Positions 1-8,626 of a stretch of 64,000 bases of DNA are shown here, piece after piece (position 1 is the stretch's first letter; each line of letters starts with the position of its first letter). Origin of the DNA: Acidimicrobiia bacterium. GTDB lineage: Bacteria; Actinomycetota; Acidimicrobiia; Spongiisociales; UBA5794. The DNA is taken from positions 15,329 to 79,328 of the forward strand of contig JAOZRW010000007.1 in assembly GCA_029939995.1 (NCBI GenBank). The letters are read 5' to 3'. The notes beneath the pieces were generated by a model. It was not told the DNA's origin. It was given only the letters and a program-made list of their open reading frames with translations, and did not search any database. Position numbers and translations under genes: made by a program.

Positions 1-656
1 CGGATCAGTGGCGCTTCGTCCCCCAGCTCGACGGCGATGAGCTCGAGTTCCTCAACGTGGCGCAGCACCAACGCTGCACGTTGGATGACCTTCACGGCGT
101 CGCGCATCGTGACGATGTCGTCCACCTCGTACATGGAGAGGCGCTCGACGGCCTCGTCGAGGCGGCGGCGGAGGCGTTCGAGGGATTGCAGCCGCTGATT
201 CGCTTCCGCGAACAGGGCCGTCGGCGACTGGAGCACGAACCGCTGGTCGCCGACGTAGAGGGCTGCGAGATCACGGCCCTCCTCGCTCACAGCGAGCACC
301 GGCAGGCCTGTCTGCGAGGCGAGCCGGTCGGCAGTTCGGAACCTGGTCCCGGTCTCGTCTGTAGGGATCCTCGGATCCGGGATGAAGTGAACGTTCGCCC
401 TCGTGATCGTCTTTGTGCCCTCGTCGATGACGATGCCACCGTCCATCTTGGCCAGCTCTGCGATCCGTTGGGCCGTGAGCGGGACGTCCGCGAACCGGAA
501 GCCTCCCGTGCACAGGTCATCGATCTGGTCGCTCGATCCGAGTACGAGCAGAGCGCCGGTGCCCTGACGGAAGATGAGTTCAGCAGCGTCCCTGAGTGTC
601 GTCCCCGGGGCGAACCGGCGGAGGACGTCGAGCGGAGGTGGTGCTTTCGGAGTCAT
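1..656 (-). CDS. disA: DNA integrity scanning protein DisA-like (diadenylate cyclase domain), partial; C-terminus lies beyond the left edge
   Basis: Absent from the ORF track because it runs off the window. Manual reverse translation from ATG at 656 gives MTPKAPPPLDVLRRFAPGTTLRDAAELIFRQGTGALLVLG...LAKMDGGIVIDE...PDPRIPTDETGTRFRTADRLASQTGLPVLAVSEE..., which is DisA N-terminal (DAC) domain-like. It starts 13 nt after the radA stop, the usual radA-disA arrangement. The listed + ORF 57..788 is its antisense shadow. Confidence 0.8.
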   Translation of the reverse strand, partial: MTPKAPPPLDVLRRFAPGTTLRDAAELIFRQGTGALLVLGSSDQIDDLCTGGFRFADVPLTAQRIAELAKMDGGIVIDEGTKTITRANVHFIPDPRIPTDETGTRFRTADRLASQTGLPVLAVSEEGRDLAALYVGDQRFVLQSPTALFAEANQRLQSLERLRRRLDEAVERLSMYEVDDIVTMRDAVKVIQRAALVLRHVEELELIAVELGDEAPLI

Positions 657-668
657 CCACGCCGCAGG

Positions 669-2039
669 CTAGTCCATGCGACGCCCTGGTGTGGCGGAGC
701 TCGACCGCGACGGTTCGCCAGCCGGAACCGCATGGAGCCGGGCACGGCGATCCGGAACCCTGCGCTGAATCCCGAGATCCCGCAGTAGATCCCCGAGACG
801 CCGACCGTCGCCCGCTTCGATGATTCGCTCGACGCCGAGACGCTCGGCTTCGGCCCGGCGACGATCGGCACGGCCCACCGCCCGTACCTCCCCGGTCAGG
901 CCGACCTCGCCCCACGCGGCGACGGAGCCCAACGGAGTTCCGGTGGCGGCCGACGCGATCGCCATGGCGACCGGCAGGTCGGCCGCCGGCTCTGCGATCG
1001 AGATGCCGCCCATGACCGACACGTAGACCTCCCGTGTGCTCATCCGGAGACCTCCATGACGCTCGATGGCGGCAACGATCTGGTGGACACGCGGCACGGC
1101 CAGCCCCTTGACGCTGCGCCGCGGCTGGGCCGACCGGGTCGGAACGACGAGCGCTTGGATCTCCACGAGCAACGACCTCCGCCCGTCGAGCGATGGGAAC
1201 AGCACGCTGCCGGAAACGCCGTCTTCGCGGCTGCCGGTCAACGCCAGACTCGGATCACGCATCGTTTCCAGACCGCGGTCCGTCATCTCGAAGACACCGA
1301 CCTCGTCGATCGACCCGAATCTGTTCTTCGCCCCTCGCAGGAAGCGGAGGTTCCTGTGCGGGTCGCCGTCGAGCGCGAGCACGACGTCGACCATGTGCTC
1401 GAGGACCTTCGGACCCGCGATCGCCCCGTCCTTCGTGACGTGCCCGATGAGGATGAGCACGACATCGGACTCCTTCGCCGCGGCGATGAGCCGCGCCGCG
1501 GCATCGCGGATCTGGGACATGGCTCCCGATCCACCACCGCTTGCGCCGTCGCGAACGGTCTGGATCGAGTCGATCACGACGAGCGGATAGCTCCCGCCCC
1601 GGATGATTTCGGCCAGATTCCCGGCGTCGGACTCCGCTACGACGTCCAGCCCGTCGACGACGGCGTTCACGCGATGCGCCCGCAAGCCGATCTGGGAGAG
1701 GGATTCCTCACCGGAGGCGATGAGGGCGCTCCTGTTTCGGCGGGCGAGAGCCGCACCGATCTGGAGAACGACGGTCGACTTGCCTACACCGGGCGGCCCG
1801 CCGAGCAGCACGACCGACCCCGGGACCGCACCTCCCCCGAGCACACGGTCGAATTCGGTCATCCCGGTGTCGAGACGGCGCATCCGCTTCCCGGCGCCGG
1901 AGCCGATCGGCTCCGGCGTCGCGGAGGACGCCCCTGCTGCGGGGACCTCCGAGAGCGTTCCGGTGGCCCGGCACTGGGGACAGAACCCCATCCAGCGGCT
2001 CGTCCGGTAGGAGCATTTCGCACACAAGTAGTTGGACAT
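669..2039 (-). CDS. radA: DNA repair protein RadA/Sms
   Basis: N-terminal zinc ribbon CAKC...CPQC, Walker A GGPPGVGKST, KNRFG motif (GAKNRFGSIDE), and a Lon-like C-terminal domain. Confidence 0.95.
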   Translation of the reverse strand: MSNYLCAKCSYRTSRWMGFCPQCRATGTLSEVPAAGASSATPEPIGSGAGKRMRRLDTGMTEFDRVLGGGAVPGSVVLLGGPPGVGKSTVVLQIGAALARRNRSALIASGEESLSQIGLRAHRVNAVVDGLDVVAESDAGNLAEIIRGGSYPLVVIDSIQTVRDGASGGGSGAMSQIRDAAARLIAAAKESDVVLILIGHVTKDGAIAGPKVLEHMVDVVLALDGDPHRNLRFLRGAKNRFGSIDEVGVFEMTDRGLETMRDPSLALTGSREDGVSGSVLFPSLDGRRSLLVEIQALVVPTRSAQPRRSVKGLAVPRVHQIVAAIERHGGLRMSTREVYVSVMGGISIAEPAADLPVAMAIASAATGTPLGSVAAWGEVGLTGEVRAVGRADRRRAEAERLGVERIIEAGDGRRLGDLLRDLGIQRRVPDRRARLHAVPAGEPSRSSSATPGRRMD

Positions 2040-2243
2040 GGTCCGTACCGTACGGGTTGGATGTGACAGAAACCGTCAGCGGCGTCGGATCGCCCAGAAC
2101 GCGACGAGAACCGCTACGAGGACGAGGAACATCGCCCCGAGGATGTTTCCGACGCTCCACGGTTCGGCAACGCGAACCAACGCAAACCACGACATTCGTG
2201 CCACAATACCGGGGAACACACCCCACCGAAAGATTGCAATCGG

Positions 2244-3110
2244 ATGGACCAGGAAAAACCCGAGTTCGACGATCTCTTCGAACCGTTCGAACTCGGAGAA
2301 ACACCACCAGAATCGGACACGCCGCGTCGGCAGCCCGCGCCCCGCGAGCCCGCGCCCGAGACGGCCGCGCAACCACCGGCGACCGTGCCCGCCGGTGTGT
2401 CCACCGTCGCATGCCCATCGTGCGGAGCGACCAACCCGGACTACAACCGGCACTGCGAGCAGTGCGGAGCCCGGCTGAGCCAGGAGCCGCTCCCGGTTGC
2501 CCCGGCACCGACGCTGCGGACGTCGCCCGGCGGCAGAGCCCTCGGGGTGCTCGGAGCCGTCGTGCTGTTCGTCGCGCTCGCTGCCTTGATCTTCAACGTG
2601 TTCAGAGGCGGTGGCGATGAAGTCGCCGACTCGTCGTCCACGACCTCGGTCGCCACGACGGTGCCGGTCGCCACGATCGAGATCTTCCCGGCATCGGTGG
2701 ATGCCAGCTCCTACTCCGACGGGTATGAGCCGGAGCATCTCATCGACGGCGACCCCGAGACCGACTGGAACGACGACGGGGCACGCGGCGTCGACGCCTG
2801 GCTGAAGTTCACGTTCACCGAACCGGTTCGCATCACGGAGATCGAGCTCCAGAACCTGACGGACGAAGAACGGTTCAAACGGAACTACAAGATCCAGGGA
2901 TATCTGATCACGACGGACGACCTCGACATCGAGATCTCAGGGCGGCTCTCGAACACGAACGACCCGCAGCGGGTCCCGATCGCGAGTATCGGCACGACCG
3001 AGCTCACGATCTTCGTGAAGAGCACCTACCCGGCTGAGCCCGCGGGGGACAAACCGCCCTTCAACGAACTCGCACTCCAATCGGTACGGTTCTTCGGCAG
3101 CCGGGGATAG
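2244..3110 (+). CDS. Membrane-anchored protein: N-terminal zinc ribbon, one TM helix, C-terminal discoidin/F5-8 type C-like (galactose-binding-like) domain
   Basis: CPSCGATNPDYNRHCEQCG zinc ribbon. TM segment LGVLGAVVLFVALAALIF. C-terminal HLIDGDPETDWNDDG...AWLKFTF...ITEIELQN pattern typical of discoidin-like domains. Confidence 0.65.
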   Translation: MDQEKPEFDDLFEPFELGETPPESDTPRRQPAPREPAPETAAQPPATVPAGVSTVACPSCGATNPDYNRHCEQCGARLSQEPLPVAPAPTLRTSPGGRALGVLGAVVLFVALAALIFNVFRGGGDEVADSSSTTSVATTVPVATIEIFPASVDASSYSDGYEPEHLIDGDPETDWNDDGARGVDAWLKFTFTEPVRITEIELQNLTDEERFKRNYKIQGYLITTDDLDIEISGRLSNTNDPQRVPIASIGTTELTIFVKSTYPAEPAGDKPPFNELALQSVRFFGSRG

Positions 3111-3311
3111 CCGATCCTCCACCGCCGGTACGACCGTCGACCGGTCGCCCGCGTAGCCGTACGGACGCCGGCCATCCCCTGGAACGTGTAGGACGGTGCC
3201 GTCGGCCCGATCGATGCCACAGCGGGCCGGGCTCACGGACGAGGTTCCGCCGTCCCCGCGTCGGAACAGCGGAGCCGAAGCTGCCTGCGGCGAACGACGC
3301 TTCGCGAATCC

Positions 3312-4604
3312 CTAGACCGCTTCGCCCTTCCGATAGCGGAGACCATCGGCGGCGGGCATCCTCAGACGCTGCGTCGCCAGCGACAGGACCAGCAGCGTCA
3401 CGAGGTACGGCAGTGCGGCGACGACCTGCGTCGGGACCGTGTCGGTCGCGAGATACCAGACCAGGAACACTGCAGCGGCAACACCCTGGATGATCGTGCC
3501 GGCCATCTTCTTCCGCACGAGGGACCAGACGGCGAGTCCGGCGAGCGCGATCGCCGCCACGAGAAGCAGCGCATGCACGGCGGTGCCCTGGCGGAGACTC
3601 AACGCATCCGCGTAGCCGAAGACCGATGCGCCCGCCGCAACGCCGAACGGGTACCAGTTGCCGAAGATCAGCGAGGCGAGGCCGATGAAGCCCCGGCCGG
3701 CCGTCATGCCCTCACGGTAGATGCCGGCCTGCACGACGACGAGATACGCCCCGCCGAGACCGGCGAGCGCACCCGAGATCACCACGCCGTAGTACTTCAT
3801 CACAAGCACCGGGACACCGAGCGACTCAGCGGCGTACGGGTTCTCTCCGCACGACCGCAGGCGCAATCCCCACGCCGTACGCCACAGGGCCCACCAGATG
3901 AGGGGAACGAGGATGAGCGTCACGAGCGTCAGCCACGACATCTTCGTCGTGATGCCGGCGAGGATCCCCCCGAGGTCCGAGAGGAAGAAGATCGCCTGAT
4001 CCTCCACCCAGTTGAACACGTTCGAGAGCAACGGGAAATCGAACGTGCCGATCGAACTCGAGATGCGAGGCGATTGCGTGGCGCCGCCGCCCGACTCCGG
4101 GGTGTACACGACGACGGACAGGAACCGCATCGCCCCTGCAGCGAGGATGTTGATCGCCACACCGGACACGATGTGGTCGACGGCGAAAGTGACCGTAGCG
4201 ATCGCGTGGATCAGGCCGAAGATCGCTCCCCCGACGATGCCCATCGCGACCCCCTGCCACGGCCCCCACGCCCATCCGGCCCAGGCGCCGAACCACGTTC
4301 CGGCGATCATCATGCCCTCGAGGCCGATGTTGACGACACCGGCGCGCTCGGAGAACACGCCGCCGAGACCGGCGAGCATGATCGGGATGGTGAGCCGGAT
4401 GGCGGCGGCCCACGTGCCGGACGAGGTCAGCTCAGATGTGCCGGCGATCGCCTGGACGAGCGAGAGGATGAAGACGCCGACCAGAGCGAGGGCCGTGTAG
4501 CGAAGCGCTCGCGAATCGAGCAGGGACGGCTTGGCGGCGAGATCCGGCTCGTACTCGGCCGAGTCGGGGAGGCGGGTGTTCGAATCGTCGAGACGACCGG
4601 TCAT
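3312..4604 (-). CDS. ABC transporter permease (BMP/nucleoside-type, YufQ/NupQ-like)
   Basis: Polytopic membrane protein. 4-nt overlap with the upstream permease. Last gene of the BMP-lipoprotein/ATPase/permease/permease operon. Confidence 0.88.
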   Translation of the reverse strand: MTGRLDDSNTRLPDSAEYEPDLAAKPSLLDSRALRYTALALVGVFILSLVQAIAGTSELTSSGTWAAAIRLTIPIMLAGLGGVFSERAGVVNIGLEGMMIAGTWFGAWAGWAWGPWQGVAMGIVGGAIFGLIHAIATVTFAVDHIVSGVAINILAAGAMRFLSVVVYTPESGGGATQSPRISSSIGTFDFPLLSNVFNWVEDQAIFFLSDLGGILAGITTKMSWLTLVTLILVPLIWWALWRTAWGLRLRSCGENPYAAESLGVPVLVMKYYGVVISGALAGLGGAYLVVVQAGIYREGMTAGRGFIGLASLIFGNWYPFGVAAGASVFGYADALSLRQGTAVHALLLVAAIALAGLAVWSLVRKKMAGTIIQGVAAAVFLVWYLATDTVPTQVVAALPYLVTLLVLSLATQRLRMPAADGLRYRKGEAV

Positions 4605-5719
4605 GCCGCCACCTCCTCTCCGGCTTCCAGCGATCTCGTCGCCTCGGCGGCGGCCTTGATCTCACGCTTCTCGATCATGCGGTTGACGACCTCGTAGGCC
4701 ACGACGACCGCGAGAACGACGACACCCTGCATGATCTGGACGACCTCTTTCGGTGTGTCCTCGAAGTCCAGGATCAGCGCCGATCGTTCCATGAAGCCGA
4801 ACAGCAGAGCGCCGAGCGCCATGCCGACCGCGCTGTTCCTGCCGAGCAGCGCGACGGCGATCCCGGTGAAACCGAGGCCCCGGGGGAAGTCCTGCGTGTA
4901 GGCGTGGAGGTTGCCGAACATGGTTGCAAGCCCGACCATTCCGGCGACGCCGCCGGAGATGAGCATCGTGACGACGACCATCCTCTTCGGAGCCACACCG
5001 GCCATGCGGGCGGCGCCGGGGTTCATCCCGGAAGCGCGAAGCTCGAAGCCGAACCTCGTCCGCTTGACGAGGATGTAGTAGAAGATGCCGATCGCGATCG
5101 CGACGAACAGGAACCCGTGCATCGAGATGCCGCGGGGCTCGCTGAACCCGAACATCGTGAACACCCAGTTGAGCCCGGGGATCTGCGCCGATGCAGCGAA
5201 GGTCGTCGTCTGGAGGTTCAGGGAAGTCGGGTCGTCGCGGACCCAGGTGAGGAGCAGGTACGCGATCAGGCTGAACGCGATGAAGTTCAACATGATCGTC
5301 GAGATCACCTCGTGGACACCCCGGGTGACCTTGAGGAAGCCTGCGATCCCGGACCAGAGCGCTCCGACGATGACCGCTACGAGGATCACGAGGGCCACGT
5401 GGAGGGGTGCCCAGAGAACGACGTTGCCGCCGATCCATCCGGCGAACAGCGCTCCAAGTAGATACTGCCCCTCGACTCCGATGTTGAACAGTCCCATCTG
5501 GAAACCGATCGCCACGGCGACCGCGGCGATGTACAGCGGGATCGCCCGGTTGACCATGGACGCGATCGATGTCGTCGTGGTTCCGAAGCTCCACATGGAG
5601 CCGAACGCGTCGATCGGATTGCGGCCGACGGCCCAGAGCGCGATCGAAGCCACGAGGAGAGCGAATATCATCGCGGCGGTCGGTGCGAGCAGCGAGAGCA
5701 GCATCTTCTTGAGGTTCAT
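4601..5719 (-). CDS. ABC transporter permease (BMP/nucleoside-type, YufP/NupP-like)
   Basis: Polytopic membrane protein. 4-nt overlaps on both sides with the ATPase and the second permease. Confidence 0.88.
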   Translation of the reverse strand: MNLKKMLLSLLAPTAAMIFALLVASIALWAVGRNPIDAFGSMWSFGTTTTSIASMVNRAIPLYIAAVAVAIGFQMGLFNIGVEGQYLLGALFAGWIGGNVVLWAPLHVALVILVAVIVGALWSGIAGFLKVTRGVHEVISTIMLNFIAFSLIAYLLLTWVRDDPTSLNLQTTTFAASAQIPGLNWVFTMFGFSEPRGISMHGFLFVAIAIGIFYYILVKRTRFGFELRASGMNPGAARMAGVAPKRMVVVTMLISGGVAGMVGLATMFGNLHAYTQDFPRGLGFTGIAVALLGRNSAVGMALGALLFGFMERSALILDFEDTPKEVVQIMQGVVVLAVVVAYEVVNRMIEKREIKAAAEATRSLEAGEEVAA

Positions 5720-7260
5720 GCCGATGCCTCCGCTCCGACGCCGGTCATGTACGAGCCGAGCTCCTCCGGTGTGACGGTCTTCGGATCGAGATCCGCCACG
5801 ATCCGTCCGGTGTAGATGACGAGGAGACGGTCGGAGAGACCGATCAGCTCCTCCAGATCCGCGCTGATGAGCAGCACCGCGAGCCCTTCCTTTCTCGCCG
5901 CACGAAGTTCGTCCCAGATCGCCGCCTGAGCGCCGACGTCGATGCCGCGGGTCGGATGAGCCGCTACGAGTACGTGCGGCTCGGCGATCATCTCCTTGCC
6001 GACGATGAGTTTCTGTTGGTTTCCCCCGGAGAGCGCGATCGCGTGGACGTCGGGTCCCGGAGTCTTCACGTCGAATCGTTCGATGACGGCGCTCGTCCGC
6101 TCCCTGGCACCCTTCCTGTTCACCCAGGGGCCGTTCGCGAACGGCTTGACCGTCTGGTGCCCGAGCATGGTGTTCTCCCAGAGCGGTGACTGGAGCAACA
6201 GCCCCTCCCGGTGCCGATCGGCCGGGATGATGCCGATGCCGGCCTCGCGGCGGCGTTTCGTGGACCAGTTTGCGATGTCCTCGTCCTTGAACCGGATGCT
6301 GCCGGCCGACACCTCGCGGATCCCCAGCAGGGCGTCGATCAGCTCGGCCTGACCGTTTCCTTCGACGCCGGCGATGCCGACGATCTCACCCTGCCGGATG
6401 TCGAAGGTGACGTCGTCGAGAACCGTGCGCCCGTCCGGTGACAGCGCCTCGACGCCGCGGACGGAGAGTTCGACGACATCGGTCACGGTCGACTCCGTCG
6501 TCTCCGGCGTCGGGAGCTCGGAACCGACCATCAGCTCTGCGAGCTGTTTCGCATCGATGCCTTCGGGATCGACCGTGGCGACCGTCCGGCCGCCCCGCAT
6601 CACGGTGATCGAGTCTGCGATCGCGAGCACCTCGTCGAGGTGGTGCGAGATGAAGATGATCGTCTGGCCTTCTTCGACCATCCCCCTGAGGTTCACGAAC
6701 AACTCGTCGACCTCCTGGGGTACGAGTACCGCCGTCGGCTCGTCGAGGATGAGGATGCGGGCCCCGCGGAACAGCACCTTCAGGATCTCGGTCCTCTGTC
6801 GCGCGCCGACGGTGAGCGACTCGACGAGAGCGTCGGGATCGAGTTCCATGCCGTAAGCGGCGCCGATATCGGCGATCTTCTCTTTCCCGGCGGCGAAATC
6901 GAGTTGGAGACCCTTCGTCGGTTCGGATCCGAGAACGACGTTCTCGAAGACGGTGAGGTTGTCGGCGAGCATGAAGTGCTGGTGGACCATCCCGATCCCC
7001 TCGGCGATCGCGTCCTTCGGGGTCTTGAAATCGACTTCCTTGCCGCGGACACGGATCGTTCCCGAATCGGGAGACTGCATTCCGTACAGGATCTTCATCA
7101 GGGTCGACTTGCCGGCGCCGTTCTCCCCCACGATCGCGTGGATCGTCCCCGCGCCGACGGCGAGTTCAACGTCTTCGTTGGCGATGACACCGGGGAAGGT
7201 CTTCGTGATTCCCGTCAATTCGACGGCCAGGGATTCGTCTGCCACCCGTGTTCTCCTCAT
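5716..7260 (-). CDS. ABC transporter ATP-binding protein with two fused nucleotide-binding domains
   Basis: Walker A GENGAGKST. Signature LSVGARQR / LSGGNQQK. Walker B ILILDEPT. Duplicated NBD layout typical of sugar/nucleoside-type importers. Confidence 0.93.
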   Translation of the reverse strand: MRRTRVADESLAVELTGITKTFPGVIANEDVELAVGAGTIHAIVGENGAGKSTLMKILYGMQSPDSGTIRVRGKEVDFKTPKDAIAEGIGMVHQHFMLADNLTVFENVVLGSEPTKGLQLDFAAGKEKIADIGAAYGMELDPDALVESLTVGARQRTEILKVLFRGARILILDEPTAVLVPQEVDELFVNLRGMVEEGQTIIFISHHLDEVLAIADSITVMRGGRTVATVDPEGIDAKQLAELMVGSELPTPETTESTVTDVVELSVRGVEALSPDGRTVLDDVTFDIRQGEIVGIAGVEGNGQAELIDALLGIREVSAGSIRFKDEDIANWSTKRRREAGIGIIPADRHREGLLLQSPLWENTMLGHQTVKPFANGPWVNRKGARERTSAVIERFDVKTPGPDVHAIALSGGNQQKLIVGKEMIAEPHVLVAAHPTRGIDVGAQAAIWDELRAARKEGLAVLLISADLEELIGLSDRLLVIYTGRIVADLDPKTVTPEELGSYMTGVGAEASA

Positions 7261-7337
7261 CTCCGATTCGTCGACCCATATGCAACGGGCCCGAGGCTAG
7301 CGCCTCGGGCCCGTGCTGTGCTACTTGGCCGAACGAA

Positions 7338-8489
7338 TCAGCCGACGGTGTCGGGGACGGTCACATCACCCGTGATGATCTTGGCACGAAGCTCGTCGAT
7401 CTGGTCGACGATGTCATCGACGAATCCACCGGAGGTGGAGTAGCCGACGCCGTCCGCGTCGAGGTTGAACACCAGGACACCGGACTGGTTGCCTTCGTTC
7501 ACGAAGTTGGCCACCGTCGTGTAGACGGCCACGTCAACTCGCTTGAGCATCGACGTCAGGATGTACTCCTTGACGTCGTCGCCTGCGGTCTCGTACTGGT
7601 CCGAGTCCACACCGATCGCCCACACCTTGCTGCCGCTCGTGGTGGAGAATTCCTTCGCAGCCTCGAAGAGACCGCCGCCGGAACCGCCGGCCGCGTGGTA
7701 CACGACATCGGCGCCCTGCTCGTACATGGCGAGCGCGGCTTCCTTGCCCTTGGCCGGGTCGTTGAATCCGGAGAAGTCCGGCGGCTCGGTCAGGTACTGG
7801 GTGAGAACTTCGATGTCCGGGTTGATGTACTCGGCACCGAAGCGATAGCCGGCTTCGAACTTGTTGATGAGCCCGATGTTGACGCCGCCGATGAACCCGA
7901 TCTTGCCGGACTGCGACTTCAACGCGGCCGCAGCACCGACGAGGGCCGAGCCCTCGTGCTCTGCGAACACCAGCGATGCAACGTTCGGTGCATCGACGAC
8001 GGAGTCGACGATGGCGAAGTTCGTCTCGGGGAAGTCGGTGGCCGTGGCAGCGACTGCCTCGGCGAACGCGAACCCGATGGCGAAGTTCAGATCGAACCCG
8101 CTCTCGGCGAGCAGACGGAGGTTCTCCTCACGGTTCTCTCCACCTGCGGTGGGCTCGAGCTCCTGGATCTCGATGCCGAAGTCCTGCACGGCCTTGTCGA
8201 GGCCGGCGGCTGCGGAGTCGTTGAACGACTTGTCGCCGCGCCCGCCGATGTCGTAGGCCATGCCGACCTTGATTCCCTCGCCGGCCATCGAGCCTGCGGT
8301 GGTGGTCGTCTCTTCCGCAGGAGCTGCGGTCGTCGTGGTCTCTTCGTCGCCGGCTGCGGTCGTCGTGGTCTCTTCAGCGCCGGCCGCTGTCGTCGTGGTT
8401 TCATCGCTACTGCTGCTGCATGCTGCAACGATCAGTGCGAACGCGAGGAGCAGGATGAACAAGCCCCCACGTTTCTTCAATCCGGTCAT
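7338..8489 (-). CDS. BMP-family (basic membrane protein / PnrA-like) substrate-binding lipoprotein
   Basis: Start trimmed to ATG 8489 (MTGLKKRGGLFILLLAFALIVAAC, lipobox IVAAC). Thr/Ala/Glu-rich linker, then a BMP-like body (DKSFNDSA..., GFIGGV...). Confidence 0.88.
   Translation of the reverse strand: MTGLKKRGGLFILLLAFALIVAACSSSSDETTTTAAGAEETTTTAAGDEETTTTAAPAEETTTTAGSMAGEGIKVGMAYDIGGRGDKSFNDSAAAGLDKAVQDFGIEIQELEPTAGGENREENLRLLAESGFDLNFAIGFAFAEAVAATATDFPETNFAIVDSVVDAPNVASLVFAEHEGSALVGAAAALKSQSGKIGFIGGVNIGLINKFEAGYRFGAEYINPDIEVLTQYLTEPPDFSGFNDPAKGKEAALAMYEQGADVVYHAAGGSGGGLFEAAKEFSTTSGSKVWAIGVDSDQYETAGDDVKEYILTSMLKRVDVAVYTTVANFVNEGNQSGVLVFNLDADGVGYSTSGGFVDDIVDQIDELRAKIITGDVTVPDTVG
8292..8405 (-). 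repeat. In-frame tandem repeat encoding about 4 copies of (D/E)ETTTTAA(G/P)A in the lipoprotein linker
   Basis: Protein reads SDETTTTAAGAEETTTTAAGDEETTTTAAPAEETTTTAG. The DNA shows near-identical units of about 33 nt (ctgcggtcgtcgtggtctcttc...). Confidence 0.8.
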
Positions 8490-8626
8490 GGATCGGACCC
8501 TTTCTGTCGGTTGAAACTGTTGCGCGCCTACCCGTGGGCGCAACCGAGTTGAGTCTAGGGCGTTTCAGAGCTTGATGTCGCCGGGCGACGAGATCCGGAT
8601 CGCCGGGTAGGCCTCCCGACCGGTGC

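Noticed and set aside
57-788. 243-aa + strand ORF at the left edge.
   Set aside because: It is antisense to the disA reading frame, which translates into a clear DAC-domain protein, and to the 3' end of radA. The composition is shadow-like.
2076-2195. 39-codon minus-strand ORF (MSWFALVRVAEPWSVGNILGAMFLVLVAVLVAFWAIRRR) 36 nt upstream of radA.
   Set aside because: It is hydrophobic and plausible as a mini membrane protein. However, it has no Shine-Dalgarno sequence, weaker third-position G/C bias than the trk sORF, and no coupling to a neighbour. I cannot distinguish it from chance by eye. It would be worth a tblastn check.
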